This document shows positions 10,405 through 18,441 of a stretch of 64,000 bases of DNA, one piece after another. Numbering within the stretch: position 1 is the stretch's first letter; each line of letters starts with the position of its first letter. The notes below the pieces were generated by a model, which saw only the letters and a list, made by a program, of their open reading frames with translations, searched no databases and was not told the origin of the DNA. This stretch comes from Minisyncoccota bacterium (lineage in GTDB: Bacteria > Patescibacteriota > Minisyncoccia > Phycocordibacterales > UBA918). The position numbers and the translations under genes were made by a program. Where the stretch lies: positions 478,663 through 542,662 of the forward strand of contig JAWKSP010000001.1 in the NCBI GenBank assembly GCA_041389025.1, written 5' to 3'.

Positions 10405-11379
10405 TTATTGTGGGCTATTTATAAACTTTTTATTTATATTAACCGAAGCGTAAGCTAATCCAATAAAAATAAAACCAAGAATCACAAGAGAAATCGGCCA
10501 ACCAAGTGAGTCTGAAAAATATTGATCGGTTATATAAGTAAAATGAGCGATTAAGAAAAATGTTCCAACTGCTAATATGCTGGTGCTTTTCATATAAACT
10601 GATAAATATAAAACAGCAAAAACTAGTAAGAAATAAAATAATTCCCAAAAACCAGAGTCGTATACTCGGGTGAAAGCAGCACCTAAGAGTCCTGTACTAC
10701 CAAAAAAGTACAAAAGGACCAAGAGCTTTTTATTCCAAGTATCTTTAAACGAATGAGCTAGAAGTAAATACGATGCTCCAACTGCCATAGTTAGGTAAGC
10801 GTAAAAATCATCATGTTTATAAAATGGTCCATCGAGTATTGCTTCAGCTAATAAGTAAATAAAGGTAGTTCCATTTGCAATAGCAAAGAAAGTCAACACC
10901 GCGTGCTTGTGGTATTGATTTAAAAGTAAATAAAAGATAAAAATAGTTCCAAAAGCAAAGACGACCGGCCATACTGATGTAAGATCTATATTCATTTCGT
11001 CTAGTAACACCAATGAACCGCTTGGTATCAACACGCCACCAATAAAATGAAAAATCGGTCCAATATGATCGTTGGGTTTTTGGTTTAATAACATTGAACC
11101 TAGACCAGTAAATAGTAAACCTAGACCCAAAGTGACAAAAATGTGCCCAAATGAGCCAAGATCATCCCAGATTTGGACAACAAATATCACTAAACCAATA
11201 ACAGCCACCACTGATCCTAAGATATAAAGCATTTTAGTAACCGAAAAACTAGACTTATGACTAGATGATTCTTGGGTGTTTGAGGTTGGTAGATCGAGTG
11301 AGGTAAGTATCTCCTGAGAAGTAATCTCACCACTATTTAGCTTTTCTTTCAGTTCATAAAATAATTCTTCTTTTTGCAT
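10405..11379 (-). CDS. DUF2157-like multi-TM membrane protein
   Basis: Short N-terminal helical domain (GEITSQE) then about 10 TM starting LYILGSVVAVIGL. Confidence 0.65.
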   Translation of the reverse strand: MQKEELFYELKEKLNSGEITSQEILTSLDLPTSNTQESSSHKSSFSVTKMLYILGSVVAVIGLVIFVVQIWDDLGSFGHIFVTLGLGLLFTGLGSMLLNQKPNDHIGPIFHFIGGVLIPSGSLVLLDEMNIDLTSVWPVVFAFGTIFIFYLLLNQYHKHAVLTFFAIANGTTFIYLLAEAILDGPFYKHDDFYAYLTMAVGASYLLLAHSFKDTWNKKLLVLLYFFGSTGLLGAAFTRVYDSGFWELFYFLLVFAVLYLSVYMKSTSILAVGTFFLIAHFTYITDQYFSDSLGWPISLVILGFIFIGLAYASVNINKKFINSPQ

Positions 11380-11393
11380 ATTGATTTTTTATT

Positions 11394-11990
11394 TTAACTT
11401 CTCCCTGGAAGTACCCAGCCAATAAATTGGAAGTTATTATTATACCTGTAGTAATAACGATCAGAACTATTTATTAAGTTTAATTTGTCTCGCTTATTAC
11501 CCTTAACTAAGTAATAACCATAGTTTGATCCGGTGTCAAAAAATAAGAAGTAATCAGCTCCATTGTCATAGTTATTGGAAATAGTGACTCCGTCTGGTGA
11601 GGTTAGAAGTTTGTTTAAGTTCAGCTTCTGAGCTTCTTCAAGAGTAATTTCTCTACTTTCGTTATTAAGGGTGTCGTGTAAAAAGATGCGGTTGGTGTAA
11701 TTTTCTTTTACATCTGGAACTCCGTCTTTGTCACTGTCTTGGTTTGGGTCTATATAATTATTAACTACTAATTTCCCATCAACGACAGTGTATAATTTTT
11801 TAAAATAATTATTACAATAGTCATAGGAATAATAATTAGTACCGTCAGTACAAACTGAGTAAATAAAATTATAGTTGGTAGACAAAAAAAGTGAGGGTAG
11901 GTAGGTGCTTAAGGCTACAATAATTATTAAAACAACTGGTAAAGTAAAAGCTGTAACCAAAGCCCAATTTTTCTTTAGTGATTCTTTCAT
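11394..11990 (-). CDS. Hypothetical membrane-anchored protein
   Basis: N-terminal TM; DSDKDGVPD Ca-binding-like motif; C-terminal FIGWV. Confidence 0.7.
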   Translation of the reverse strand: MKESLKKNWALVTAFTLPVVLIIIVALSTYLPSLFLSTNYNFIYSVCTDGTNYYSYDYCNNYFKKLYTVVDGKLVVNNYIDPNQDSDKDGVPDVKENYTNRIFLHDTLNNESREITLEEAQKLNLNKLLTSPDGVTISNNYDNGADYFLFFDTGSNYGYYLVKGNKRDKLNLINSSDRYYYRYNNNFQFIGWVLPGRS

Positions 11991-12051
11991 ATTGTTAAAA
12001 TTATAGCATAATTATAGCATAATCAAATTCTGATGGGTTATAATCTTTACT

Positions 12052-13866
12052 ATGAAATTAAATTCTGTCTTGCAAAAAGCTTTTAAGAAAACTAAGGATA
12101 AACTCAAAAAACATCGTAAAGAAATTGGTAAAAATCTTTTATACTTAAGCTCTTTATTGTTAATCGCCATGATTGTTATTGGGTTTAAATTGTTTTACCC
12201 GTATGAATTTTTTGTTGCTTTGATTTTCTTAACTTTGATTTTACAAAGAATTTTTAAGCTTATTTTACTAAGTAAAAACACCATAACACAATCCAAAGCA
12301 TTTTCATTAATTAGAAAAATTAGTTTTAAGTATAAAAAGACAGTATTTTTACTACTGTTTTTAATTTTACTTTTCTATGTCTTGCTCAAGGTTTTACCTC
12401 AAGATAACCGACCTTTTGCAGATATGAATGAAGAAAAGGTTGCGGAATTAGTTGACACTAGTTTAGATATATCTGCCTTGGATTTGGATTATTTGGAAAT
12501 TACTGCTAACACCCTGCTTGAAGGTGGTCTTTTGGACAAGGATGAATTAACCGCTGATGAGGTTCTAAAACTACATAGTGATTGGAATGAGTTTTTAAGG
12601 GCAATAAAACAATCTGAAGACCTAACCGATATTCATCGTTATTTTGGTCAAATATCGTATTTTTCAACACCAGAAGCTCATACCAAGTCTTTCTTTATTG
12701 CTTATACTTTGTATTTGAAAAAGTATGAAATGGTGCAAAAGGTAATTGCTAGAGTTGATAACAACGAAAGAGTTTTAAAATCCTTAAATGAATATTCAGA
12801 AGTTTATGGAGCAAAAAATTCTTTTTACAATATTCAATCACTATTAGTTAATAGAGATACACTTTTACGCAGAAATCTTGGTCGTTTATACGGAATATTC
12901 TTGTTAAAAACGATCGATACGTCAGATTTTGGTGAGGATTTTAACGCTTTGGTACGTTCTGGTAATAATAGTCATGATTATCTACTTAAAAACTCTAAAC
13001 AGACGGTCAAGATATATACCTATAAGCTTAGTAGTGATGTAGAAAGTGGGTTGTTTAATAGTTGGTTTCCAATTCAGAAAAATGTGGCTGATGTGATGGG
13101 TAAGATTGAGTTATCTACAAGAAATGAGACTTTTATTACAAGAGAACAAATAGCAGATATGAAACCAAGTTTGCAACCAGGGGATATTTTTGTGCAAAGA
13201 CGCAATTGGCATTTGAGTAATGTTGGTATTCCAGGGTTTTGGCCACACGCTGCTTTGTATTTGGGAACTTTAGAGGAAGCTGATAAATTCTTTGCGCCGT
13301 CATTCCCTTATCAAGGTTATGAGACATACAATGATCTTTTAAAAAATGTTTATCCTGATTTTTATGAGGACTATATAATGCGTGACACCAAAGGTGATCA
13401 ATTGGCGGTAATAGAAGGTAAGGCTCCAGGAATTATTCTCCAATCTTTAGAAGAATCAGCGACGGCAGATTATTTAGGAGTTTTACGGGCTAAAAAATTA
13501 GAAAATAAAGATATTTTACAAGCTGTACTTAGAGCGATTGGTAATTATGGTAAACCATATGATTATAATTTTGACTTTGAGACCAGAGATGAGTTGGTTT
13601 GTTCAGAATTGGTCTATGATGCTTATCTACCGTCTGAAGGGAAGAGTGGGCTTCATTTTGACCTAACTATTTCTTCTGGTCGAAAAATAGTCTCACCAAA
13701 CGATATGGTAAAAAAGTTTTATGAGGAACGGGGAATAGTAGATCAAGAATTAGAATTTGTTTACTTTATTGATGGCAATGAAGAGTTGAAAAACGCTACT
13801 CCAAAGTATGAAAACGCCTTTATGACCAGTTGGACTAGATCAAAGTTCTCTTCGTTGCAGGAGTAA
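12052..13866 (+). CDS. Membrane protein with C-terminal permuted papain-like (YiiX/YebB, NlpC/P60) domain
   Basis: LQPGDI...GFWPHAALY...GKPYDYNFDF....LVCSELV. Confidence 0.8.
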   Translation: MKLNSVLQKAFKKTKDKLKKHRKEIGKNLLYLSSLLLIAMIVIGFKLFYPYEFFVALIFLTLILQRIFKLILLSKNTITQSKAFSLIRKISFKYKKTVFLLLFLILLFYVLLKVLPQDNRPFADMNEEKVAELVDTSLDISALDLDYLEITANTLLEGGLLDKDELTADEVLKLHSDWNEFLRAIKQSEDLTDIHRYFGQISYFSTPEAHTKSFFIAYTLYLKKYEMVQKVIARVDNNERVLKSLNEYSEVYGAKNSFYNIQSLLVNRDTLLRRNLGRLYGIFLLKTIDTSDFGEDFNALVRSGNNSHDYLLKNSKQTVKIYTYKLSSDVESGLFNSWFPIQKNVADVMGKIELSTRNETFITREQIADMKPSLQPGDIFVQRRNWHLSNVGIPGFWPHAALYLGTLEEADKFFAPSFPYQGYETYNDLLKNVYPDFYEDYIMRDTKGDQLAVIEGKAPGIILQSLEESATADYLGVLRAKKLENKDILQAVLRAIGNYGKPYDYNFDFETRDELVCSELVYDAYLPSEGKSGLHFDLTISSGRKIVSPNDMVKKFYEERGIVDQELEFVYFIDGNEELKNATPKYENAFMTSWTRSKFSSLQE

Positions 13867-13897
13867 GGTTAAATTACAGAAAGCCCTTACCTTCGGT

Positions 13898-14054
13898 CAC
13901 CAAAAACTAGCTAAACGCTAGTTTATTTTGGTGCCCTCGGCAGGAATCCCTTTAAGGCCGGAGAAATGCTCGTAAACATCGCTTTTCTCTTCGATTCCTG
14001 ACGAAAGCAAAATTATTTGCTTTCTCCTCAGGCACCATTAAAAATTCTTTTTAA
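13898..14054 (-). repeat. tRNA-Arg-associated module: hairpin, antisense tRNA 3' end split by a 25-nt hairpin, then direct copy of the tRNA 3' end
   Basis: 13929-13948 is an exact 20-nt copy of the tRNA 3' end; 13990-14037 is an inverted copy with a 25-nt insert at 14001-14025. Confidence 0.8.
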
Positions 14055-14129
14055 TGGTGCCCTCGGCAGGAATCGAACCCACATTTCCTCCTTAGGACGG
14101 AGTAGTTCTATCCATTGAACTACGAGGGC
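14055..14129 (-). tRNA. tRNA-Arg(CCT)
   Basis: Cloverleaf GCCCTCG/CGAGGGC-ACCA; D arm GTTC/GAAC; anticodon loop GT-CCT-AA (atypical G32, A27-G43 mismatch); TTCGATT T loop. Confidence 0.88.
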
Positions 14130-14267
14130 ATGTAATAATATTTGCACAGAGTTCGATTCCAACGGAATCGATTCTTACAGAATCTGTACAGGTTGTCGGT
14201 ATTTTACTTCCTAACGTCGTAAAATACCAGTCAACCTTCTTCGACAGTCTACTTAAGACTGTCTCAG

Positions 14268-14320
14268 CCCACACGTCCTCCTGATAGACGGAGTAGTTCT
14301 ATCCATTGAACTACGAGGGC
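14268..14320 (-). pseudogene. Partial duplicate of tRNA-Arg (5' two-thirds) with altered 8-nt anticodon loop
   Basis: 14287-14320 identical to 14096-14129; loop GTCTATCA; T loop replaced by hairpins; no own 3' acceptor strand. Confidence 0.7.
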
Positions 14321-14390
14321 TGTCTGAAATGTTTTTGTACTTTATCATAATCTGGGAAAATTGGCAGGGGATTGTTATACTTACTAGACT

Positions 14391-14690
14391 ATGTCTACAT
14401 ATCAAGATAATGATGAAAATGAAATTAAAGATTTAATCAAAGAAAACCAGCGTTTACTGATTGAAAATAATCAACTTCTGAGACAGATGCGCCGCCACTC
14501 CATCATTGGGGCAATCTTCCGTTTTTTATGGTTTGTCTTAGTGATAAGTATTCCTGTTTATATCTACTTTCAGTATGTTCAACCAAACTGGGAAAATTTA
14601 ACTACAAAAATCAATGAATTAGAACAAACTTCAGCTGAGGTGGGGGAGATTAAGGAGTGGTTTAACTCACTTAATTTGCGACCTAGGTAA
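14391..14690 (+). CDS. Hypothetical single-TM coiled-coil protein
   Basis: LIKENQRLLIENNQLLRQMRR then a TM helix; TGtTATACT about 9 nt upstream. Confidence 0.75.
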   Translation: MSTYQDNDENEIKDLIKENQRLLIENNQLLRQMRRHSIIGAIFRFLWFVLVISIPVYIYFQYVQPNWENLTTKINELEQTSAEVGEIKEWFNSLNLRPR

Positions 14691-14722
14691 GCTTAAGTAA
14701 CATAGATAAATGTTTTAAACGG

Positions 14723-14751
14723 TTGAAATAAATGCTTAAACAGGCTAGAAT
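14723..14751 (+). promoter_or_regulatory. Sigma70 promoter of tRNA-Phe
   Basis: TTGAAA-17-TAGAAT. Confidence 0.6.
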
Positions 14752-14774
14752 AGCCTGCACAGTAATAAAGAAAA

Positions 14775-14850
14775 GCTTGGGTAGCTCAGTTGGTAGAGCG
14801 CTTCCCTGAAGAGGAAGATGTCGTCGGTTCGAGCCCGACCCCAAGCACCA
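14775..14850 (+). tRNA. tRNA-Phe(GAA)
   Basis: 76-nt cloverleaf GCTTGGG/CCCAAGC-ACCA; anticodon arm CTTCC-CTGAAGA-GGAAG. Confidence 0.96.
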
Positions 14851-14938
14851 GTATATAAAATGCCTCCACATGGAGGTGTTTTATATACTGGTGCTTGGGA
14901 AGAAAGGTGTTAATACACCTTTCGTTCGGGCTCGCACC
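14851..14938 (+). repeat. tRNA-Phe-associated module: terminator-like hairpin plus antisense tRNA 3' end split by a 25-nt hairpin
   Basis: tggtgcttggga[agaaaggtgttaatacacctttcgt]tcgggctcgcacc versus tRNA reverse complement tggtgcttggggtcgggctcgaacc. Confidence 0.8.
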
Positions 14939-15074
14939 ACAAGAGTATTTCCATTTTTATACTTCTTTCAGTCGTTAAAAATTAGGTCAAAAGCGCAGTC
15001 ATGTCGCACGGAGCGGAGCGAGTACGACAGACGAGCTGGCTATGAAAAAGCTGTGAACAACTAAAATATTAAGT

Positions 15075-15310
15075 TTTCTAACCCTTTCTATTTTTTGATA
15101 AGATATTATGAGAGACTTTGGCAACACGAAGGTAATCAAGTATCCTTCACACTTGGTTTCGTAACCCATGCGGCTATCCGTGCTAAAAAGCACAAGGTGT
15201 CATACGTATTACGGGGTCTCAATCGGGGTCACGGTGTCACAGCACCACCCTCGCTACGAGATCTCCACTCTTCGTGTTGCCAGAATCTCCCATATCAGAA
15301 AAGGTCCGAA
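15075..15310 (-). ncRNA. Predicted bridge/seek RNA of the IS110 element (boundaries approximate)
   Basis: Two internal loops with segments matching the reconstructed target and circle junction, enclosed by a long stem (15102-15131 with 15270-15296). Confidence 0.7.
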
Positions 15311-16310
15311 AGGGCTCTTTTCTTTTAACCAGATACCACATGATAGTGAGCATCTTTCGAGCTAAAGCAACCCGAGCCACCTTAGAACCCTTTTTATCTT
15401 TGATTCTCGAATAGAATGTATATAACCTACCGGCTGAAGGTCTGATCTGACAGGCTGCTTCCACCATAATAGATCGCAGAAACGGTGAGCCTTTTCTGGT
15501 AATGTGTCCAAATCGCAACTTCCCTCCAGAAGAATGAGATGAGGATACTAATCCAGCGTAACTCGCTAACTGTTCTGGAGTCTTGAATCTTTCAAAATCT
15601 CCAACTTCAGCAATAATGGTTAGAGCGGTTAGTTCAGCTACACCAGGTATACTCATCAATACCTTGGCACGTTCATCTATTTTAGCTTTTGATTTGATAA
15701 TAACATCAAGTTCTTTGACTTCACTATTCACAAAATCAATGGTTTTTATTAATGATTCAACCTCTTTTTTATATAACTTATGGAAAACCTGATTCTTGAT
15801 CCAGAGTTGTCCTTGTTTTCCAAACAGGTCAGTAACAGGACTTTCTAAACCATGTTTCCAGAGAATGCTATGGACTCGATTCTTAGTTCTGGTTCGTAAA
15901 CGAATATAGAACATTCGCCAACGTACCAACTCACGCAGGTCTCTAACAGCCGGTGGTGCTAGGTATGCAGTGGCGATAAAATCTATACGAAGTAGTTCAG
16001 CGATAATTTCCGAGTCAACCTTATCGTGTTTAAGTCGACTTGCTGCAATAAGTTTAGTCTTAGCCGGATCTATCAGTTTAACTGTTATTCCAGTACTCTC
16101 CAGTACTTCAGCAAACCAACCCCATTGTGATACCGGTTCAATTCCGGCACATACTTTACTTATATTGATTGGTATCTGTTTTAGAGTAATAAGAGTATCT
16201 TGTTTGGTGGTTGGTACCTTACCTTGAAAAATTCTATTCTTATTTGAATCAATAAGTGTCCAATATCCGAAGGATTTATGCAGATCAATTCCTAAATAAT
16301 ATTCATTCAT
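15237..16310 (-). CDS. IS110-family DEDD transposase/recombinase
   Basis: GIDLHK, GIEP, KHDKVDS (DEDD); SIPGV; YAGLVSSSHSSGG catalytic Ser loop; KVARVALARK. Confidence 0.95.
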   Translation of the reverse strand: MNEYYLGIDLHKSFGYWTLIDSNKNRIFQGKVPTTKQDTLITLKQIPINISKVCAGIEPVSQWGWFAEVLESTGITVKLIDPAKTKLIAASRLKHDKVDSEIIAELLRIDFIATAYLAPPAVRDLRELVRWRMFYIRLRTRTKNRVHSILWKHGLESPVTDLFGKQGQLWIKNQVFHKLYKKEVESLIKTIDFVNSEVKELDVIIKSKAKIDERAKVLMSIPGVAELTALTIIAEVGDFERFKTPEQLASYAGLVSSSHSSGGKLRFGHITRKGSPFLRSIMVEAACQIRPSAGRLYTFYSRIKDKKGSKVARVALARKMLTIMWYLVKRKEPFRTFSDMGDSGNTKSGDLVARVVL

Positions 16311-16386
16311 AGTACTAGTGTTACATTAATAATAATCAACTATTAATATCGACCTATGTATAGGCTAGCACTTTTTCATGACATCG

Positions 16387-16465
16387 GGGTCGAGAGTACT
16401 TAGTAAAATATAAGCTTGCGAAATATTTTACTTAGTAACTCGTGACCGAATCCTACCGCCGGAGC
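16387..16465 (+). repeat. Distal part of the interrupted module ending in a tRNA-Asn-like 3' end
   Basis: Nested hairpin around aagcttgcga, then gaatcctaccgccggagc. Confidence 0.6.
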
Positions 16466-16535
16466 TAGACAAATTAAGTTTTTTATGATTTAATCAGGGT
16501 TGATTTCCATTTTCTAAATAAGAAGGAGGTGTACC

Positions 16536-17150
16536 TTGGAAATAATTAATTGGATAGTTATATCCACCATAATCCTACTGGTTTGGATAGTTAATTACAG
16601 TGTACTTGCCTGGAAACGGGAAGTATATCCAAATCCTGTGAGTTGGTTCGTATGGACTGTAGTTGGCTTAGCCCTTTTTCTCACTGCCGAAGCATCTGAA
16701 GCAAAAGAAGTTTACTTTGCTACAATTATTTCAGCAGCAGGTCCTGCTATAATACTTGTTATTATTCTCCTTCGTGAGACAAACAGAATCTACAGCTTAT
16801 CATTACGTGAAAAATTATGTCTCACATTCGCACTTATAGGATATAGTTTATGGTTTATTTTAGGAGAAAACCCTGAATTAGCTCAATGGTCACTGTACTG
16901 GATGATTTGTGTTGATTTTATAGCACTTTGGCCTACACTTGAGCAAGCAATTAAAAAACCAGAATCTGACAAGCCTATTCCATGGATAATATTCGGTCTT
17001 GGTTACGGTATAACTGGATTAGCAATCATAGACCATACTGTGGCAAACTGGGCATTACCAGCCTATATGTTTGCAGGCTCATTGGCGGTAGCAATACCTC
17101 TGGTATTAATAAGGATAAAGAAAAGAGTCTTACTTAAAGAATGGTGGTAA
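16536..17150 (+). CDS. Cassette gene A: multi-TM membrane protein
   Basis: About 7 TM with a duplicated P.SE...W-type motif; TAGACA-17-TTTAAT promoter; AAGGAGGT SD; TTG start; terminator after stop. Confidence 0.8.
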   Translation: MEIINWIVISTIILLVWIVNYSVLAWKREVYPNPVSWFVWTVVGLALFLTAEASEAKEVYFATIISAAGPAIILVIILLRETNRIYSLSLREKLCLTFALIGYSLWFILGENPELAQWSLYWMICVDFIALWPTLEQAIKKPESDKPIPWIIFGLGYGITGLAIIDHTVANWALPAYMFAGSLAVAIPLVLIRIKKRVLLKEWW

Positions 17151-17216
17151 AAGCCGCACCCTAGAAAACCAAATCTACGGAGGCGGTTTTCTTTTTTATA
17201 CCATATTCCCCACCAC

Positions 17217-17247
17217 ACAAGTTCGAACACCCTCCACCCAGCGGAGC
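17217..17247 (+). repeat. att-like direct repeat (tRNA T-arm/acceptor mimic), copy 1
   Basis: acaagttcgaacaccctccacccagcggagc, 30/31 identical to 18442-18472. Confidence 0.85.
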
Positions 17248-17335
17248 TTGACATAGAACTAATTTGAGTGTTTAATGACACCCAAGCAAACACGGGTGTG
17301 TTTGCATTTGTTCTACTCAAAATCGGAGGTATCCA

Positions 17336-17623
17336 ATGGCAGTCAGTCAGGAAGTCAAGGATTTCAAAAACCCGTCTGGGTACTGGAAGCACGATGGTTC
17401 CTTCTCGGTCGAGCTGGTGCCAGATGCGGACAAAAGCATGGTGCCAACCTCGGCAGAAATCAGGGGCGACACCGTGCACGTCTGTCACGGACGTATCAAG
17501 CAAACGATGGGGAGTATCCAGCTCTATTCCTACGAATCCCAGTTCTGCTGGGGCTATCCTCGCATCAAGGTCATCCGAGATGGTCAGGGCAAGCTGTTGT
17601 GGGTGAACTACAACTACCGCTGA
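17336..17623 (+). CDS. Cassette gene B: GC-rich orphan protein (95 aa)
   Basis: TTGACA-17-TTTAAT promoter; GGAGGT SD 5 nt before ATG; GC-rich third positions in this frame; terminator at ~17643-17679. Confidence 0.75.
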   Translation: MAVSQEVKDFKNPSGYWKHDGSFSVELVPDADKSMVPTSAEIRGDTVHVCHGRIKQTMGSIQLYSYESQFCWGYPRIKVIRDGQGKLLWVNYNYR

Positions 17624-17768
17624 GTACACTGCACTCGCTCGTAAGAAGTCGTTCGCTTCTCGCGGGCGATTTCTTTTTTACACACTCAAGTTCTGAACCA
17701 CTCTATTTTCAAACAAACCCAAAATACCACTTTGTTCTAATTCACGTTGTATACGAACCCAATTTACA

Positions 17769-17972
17769 GTTCTGAACGCGTCCAGCTGAGGGAGCATATA
17801 AAATCTTAGTCATGTGAAAGCGTGGCTTTTGATTTTAATGCTCCGCTGGAGAAAGTGCCCTGCGACACTTTCGTTAGGATTCGAAAAGCGCTTTGAGGTA
17901 TTTTAGAGCTTGCGAACAAAATATCCAAACACTGCACCGTCCATGTAATGGAAGAATCCTACCAGCGGAGCA
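17769..17972 (+). repeat. Complete tRNA-Asn-like module between cassettes B and C
   Basis: gttctgaac...gagggagca, hairpin, tgctccgctgg[25-nt hairpin 17850-17874]taggattcgaaaagcgc...gagcttgcga...gaatcctaccagcggagca. Confidence 0.8.
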
Positions 17973-18037
17973 AATATTGACAAGATTACTTTTATACTGT
18001 ATGCTATAAAAGTTGTTACTTAATTTCGAGGTGAACT

Positions 18038-18319
18038 ATGTTTAATCCTTTTTTGGCTTCAGAAAGTGCTAAAATCTTTCAAAATCTTTTAAACAAAGGT
18101 GAAGTACAAGACAGTGAAGCGGAGTCTTTGATTATTGATTTTCTCACAAACAAATGCAACTACAAAGAAGTAACTCCTGAACTTAGGGAATTACTTGCCT
18201 TTGCCCTCGGATTCTTTTTAAAGGGCGCGATATCTAACAACGAAATAGAAAGAATTATGGGAATTAGATATTCTAAAATATGCTCAGACATTGCAAATGG
18301 ACATATAAAATTAAAATAA
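18038..18319 (+). CDS. Cassette gene C: orphan protein (93 aa)
   Basis: TTGACA-17-TATGCT promoter; GAGGTG SD. Confidence 0.7.
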   Translation: MFNPFLASESAKIFQNLLNKGEVQDSEAESLIIDFLTNKCNYKEVTPELRELLAFALGFFLKGAISNNEIERIMGIRYSKICSDIANGHIKLK

Positions 18320-18441
18320 TAGAAAAAACAAGAGATAACACCTTCAGCAAAACATGGAGAACTACTCCTTCTGCTGAAGGTATTTACTTGAATACGTCAC
18401 ACAAAGATACATCATATCTAGTGTGGCGTTTTTTAAATCGA

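Larger units (their letters stand above)
15039..16386 (-). mobile_element. IS110-family (IS1111-type) insertion sequence
   Basis: Sub-terminal IR ATGAAAAAG (15042-15050 and 16371-16379), 3 and 7 bp inside the inferred ends; GG core at both junctions; long 3' non-coding end; no target duplication. Confidence 0.85.

Noticed and set aside
11999-12023. Tandem aattatagcat duplication between divergent genes
   Set aside because: Two copies of an AT-rich 11-mer that contains a -10 box; could be an operator or slippage, too weak to call.
14130-14267. Group I or group II intron in the tRNA-Arg duplicate
   Set aside because: Too short (~135 nt) and no recognisable P7 or domain V core; kept only as an unexplained structured insert.
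14870-15365. Short ORFs across the tRNA-Phe module and the IS right end
   Set aside because: They cross the IS boundary and structured non-coding RNA; no SD or recognisable motifs.
17063-17775. Overlapping ORFs 17063-17629(-), 17268-17606(+) and 17275-17775(+)
   Set aside because: Shadows of the GC-rich cassette gene; only 17336-17623 has a promoter, SD and terminator in register.
17769-17972. An intact tRNA-Asn gene
   Set aside because: Only T-arm/acceptor 3' fragments are present; no D arm or anticodon arm can be folded.
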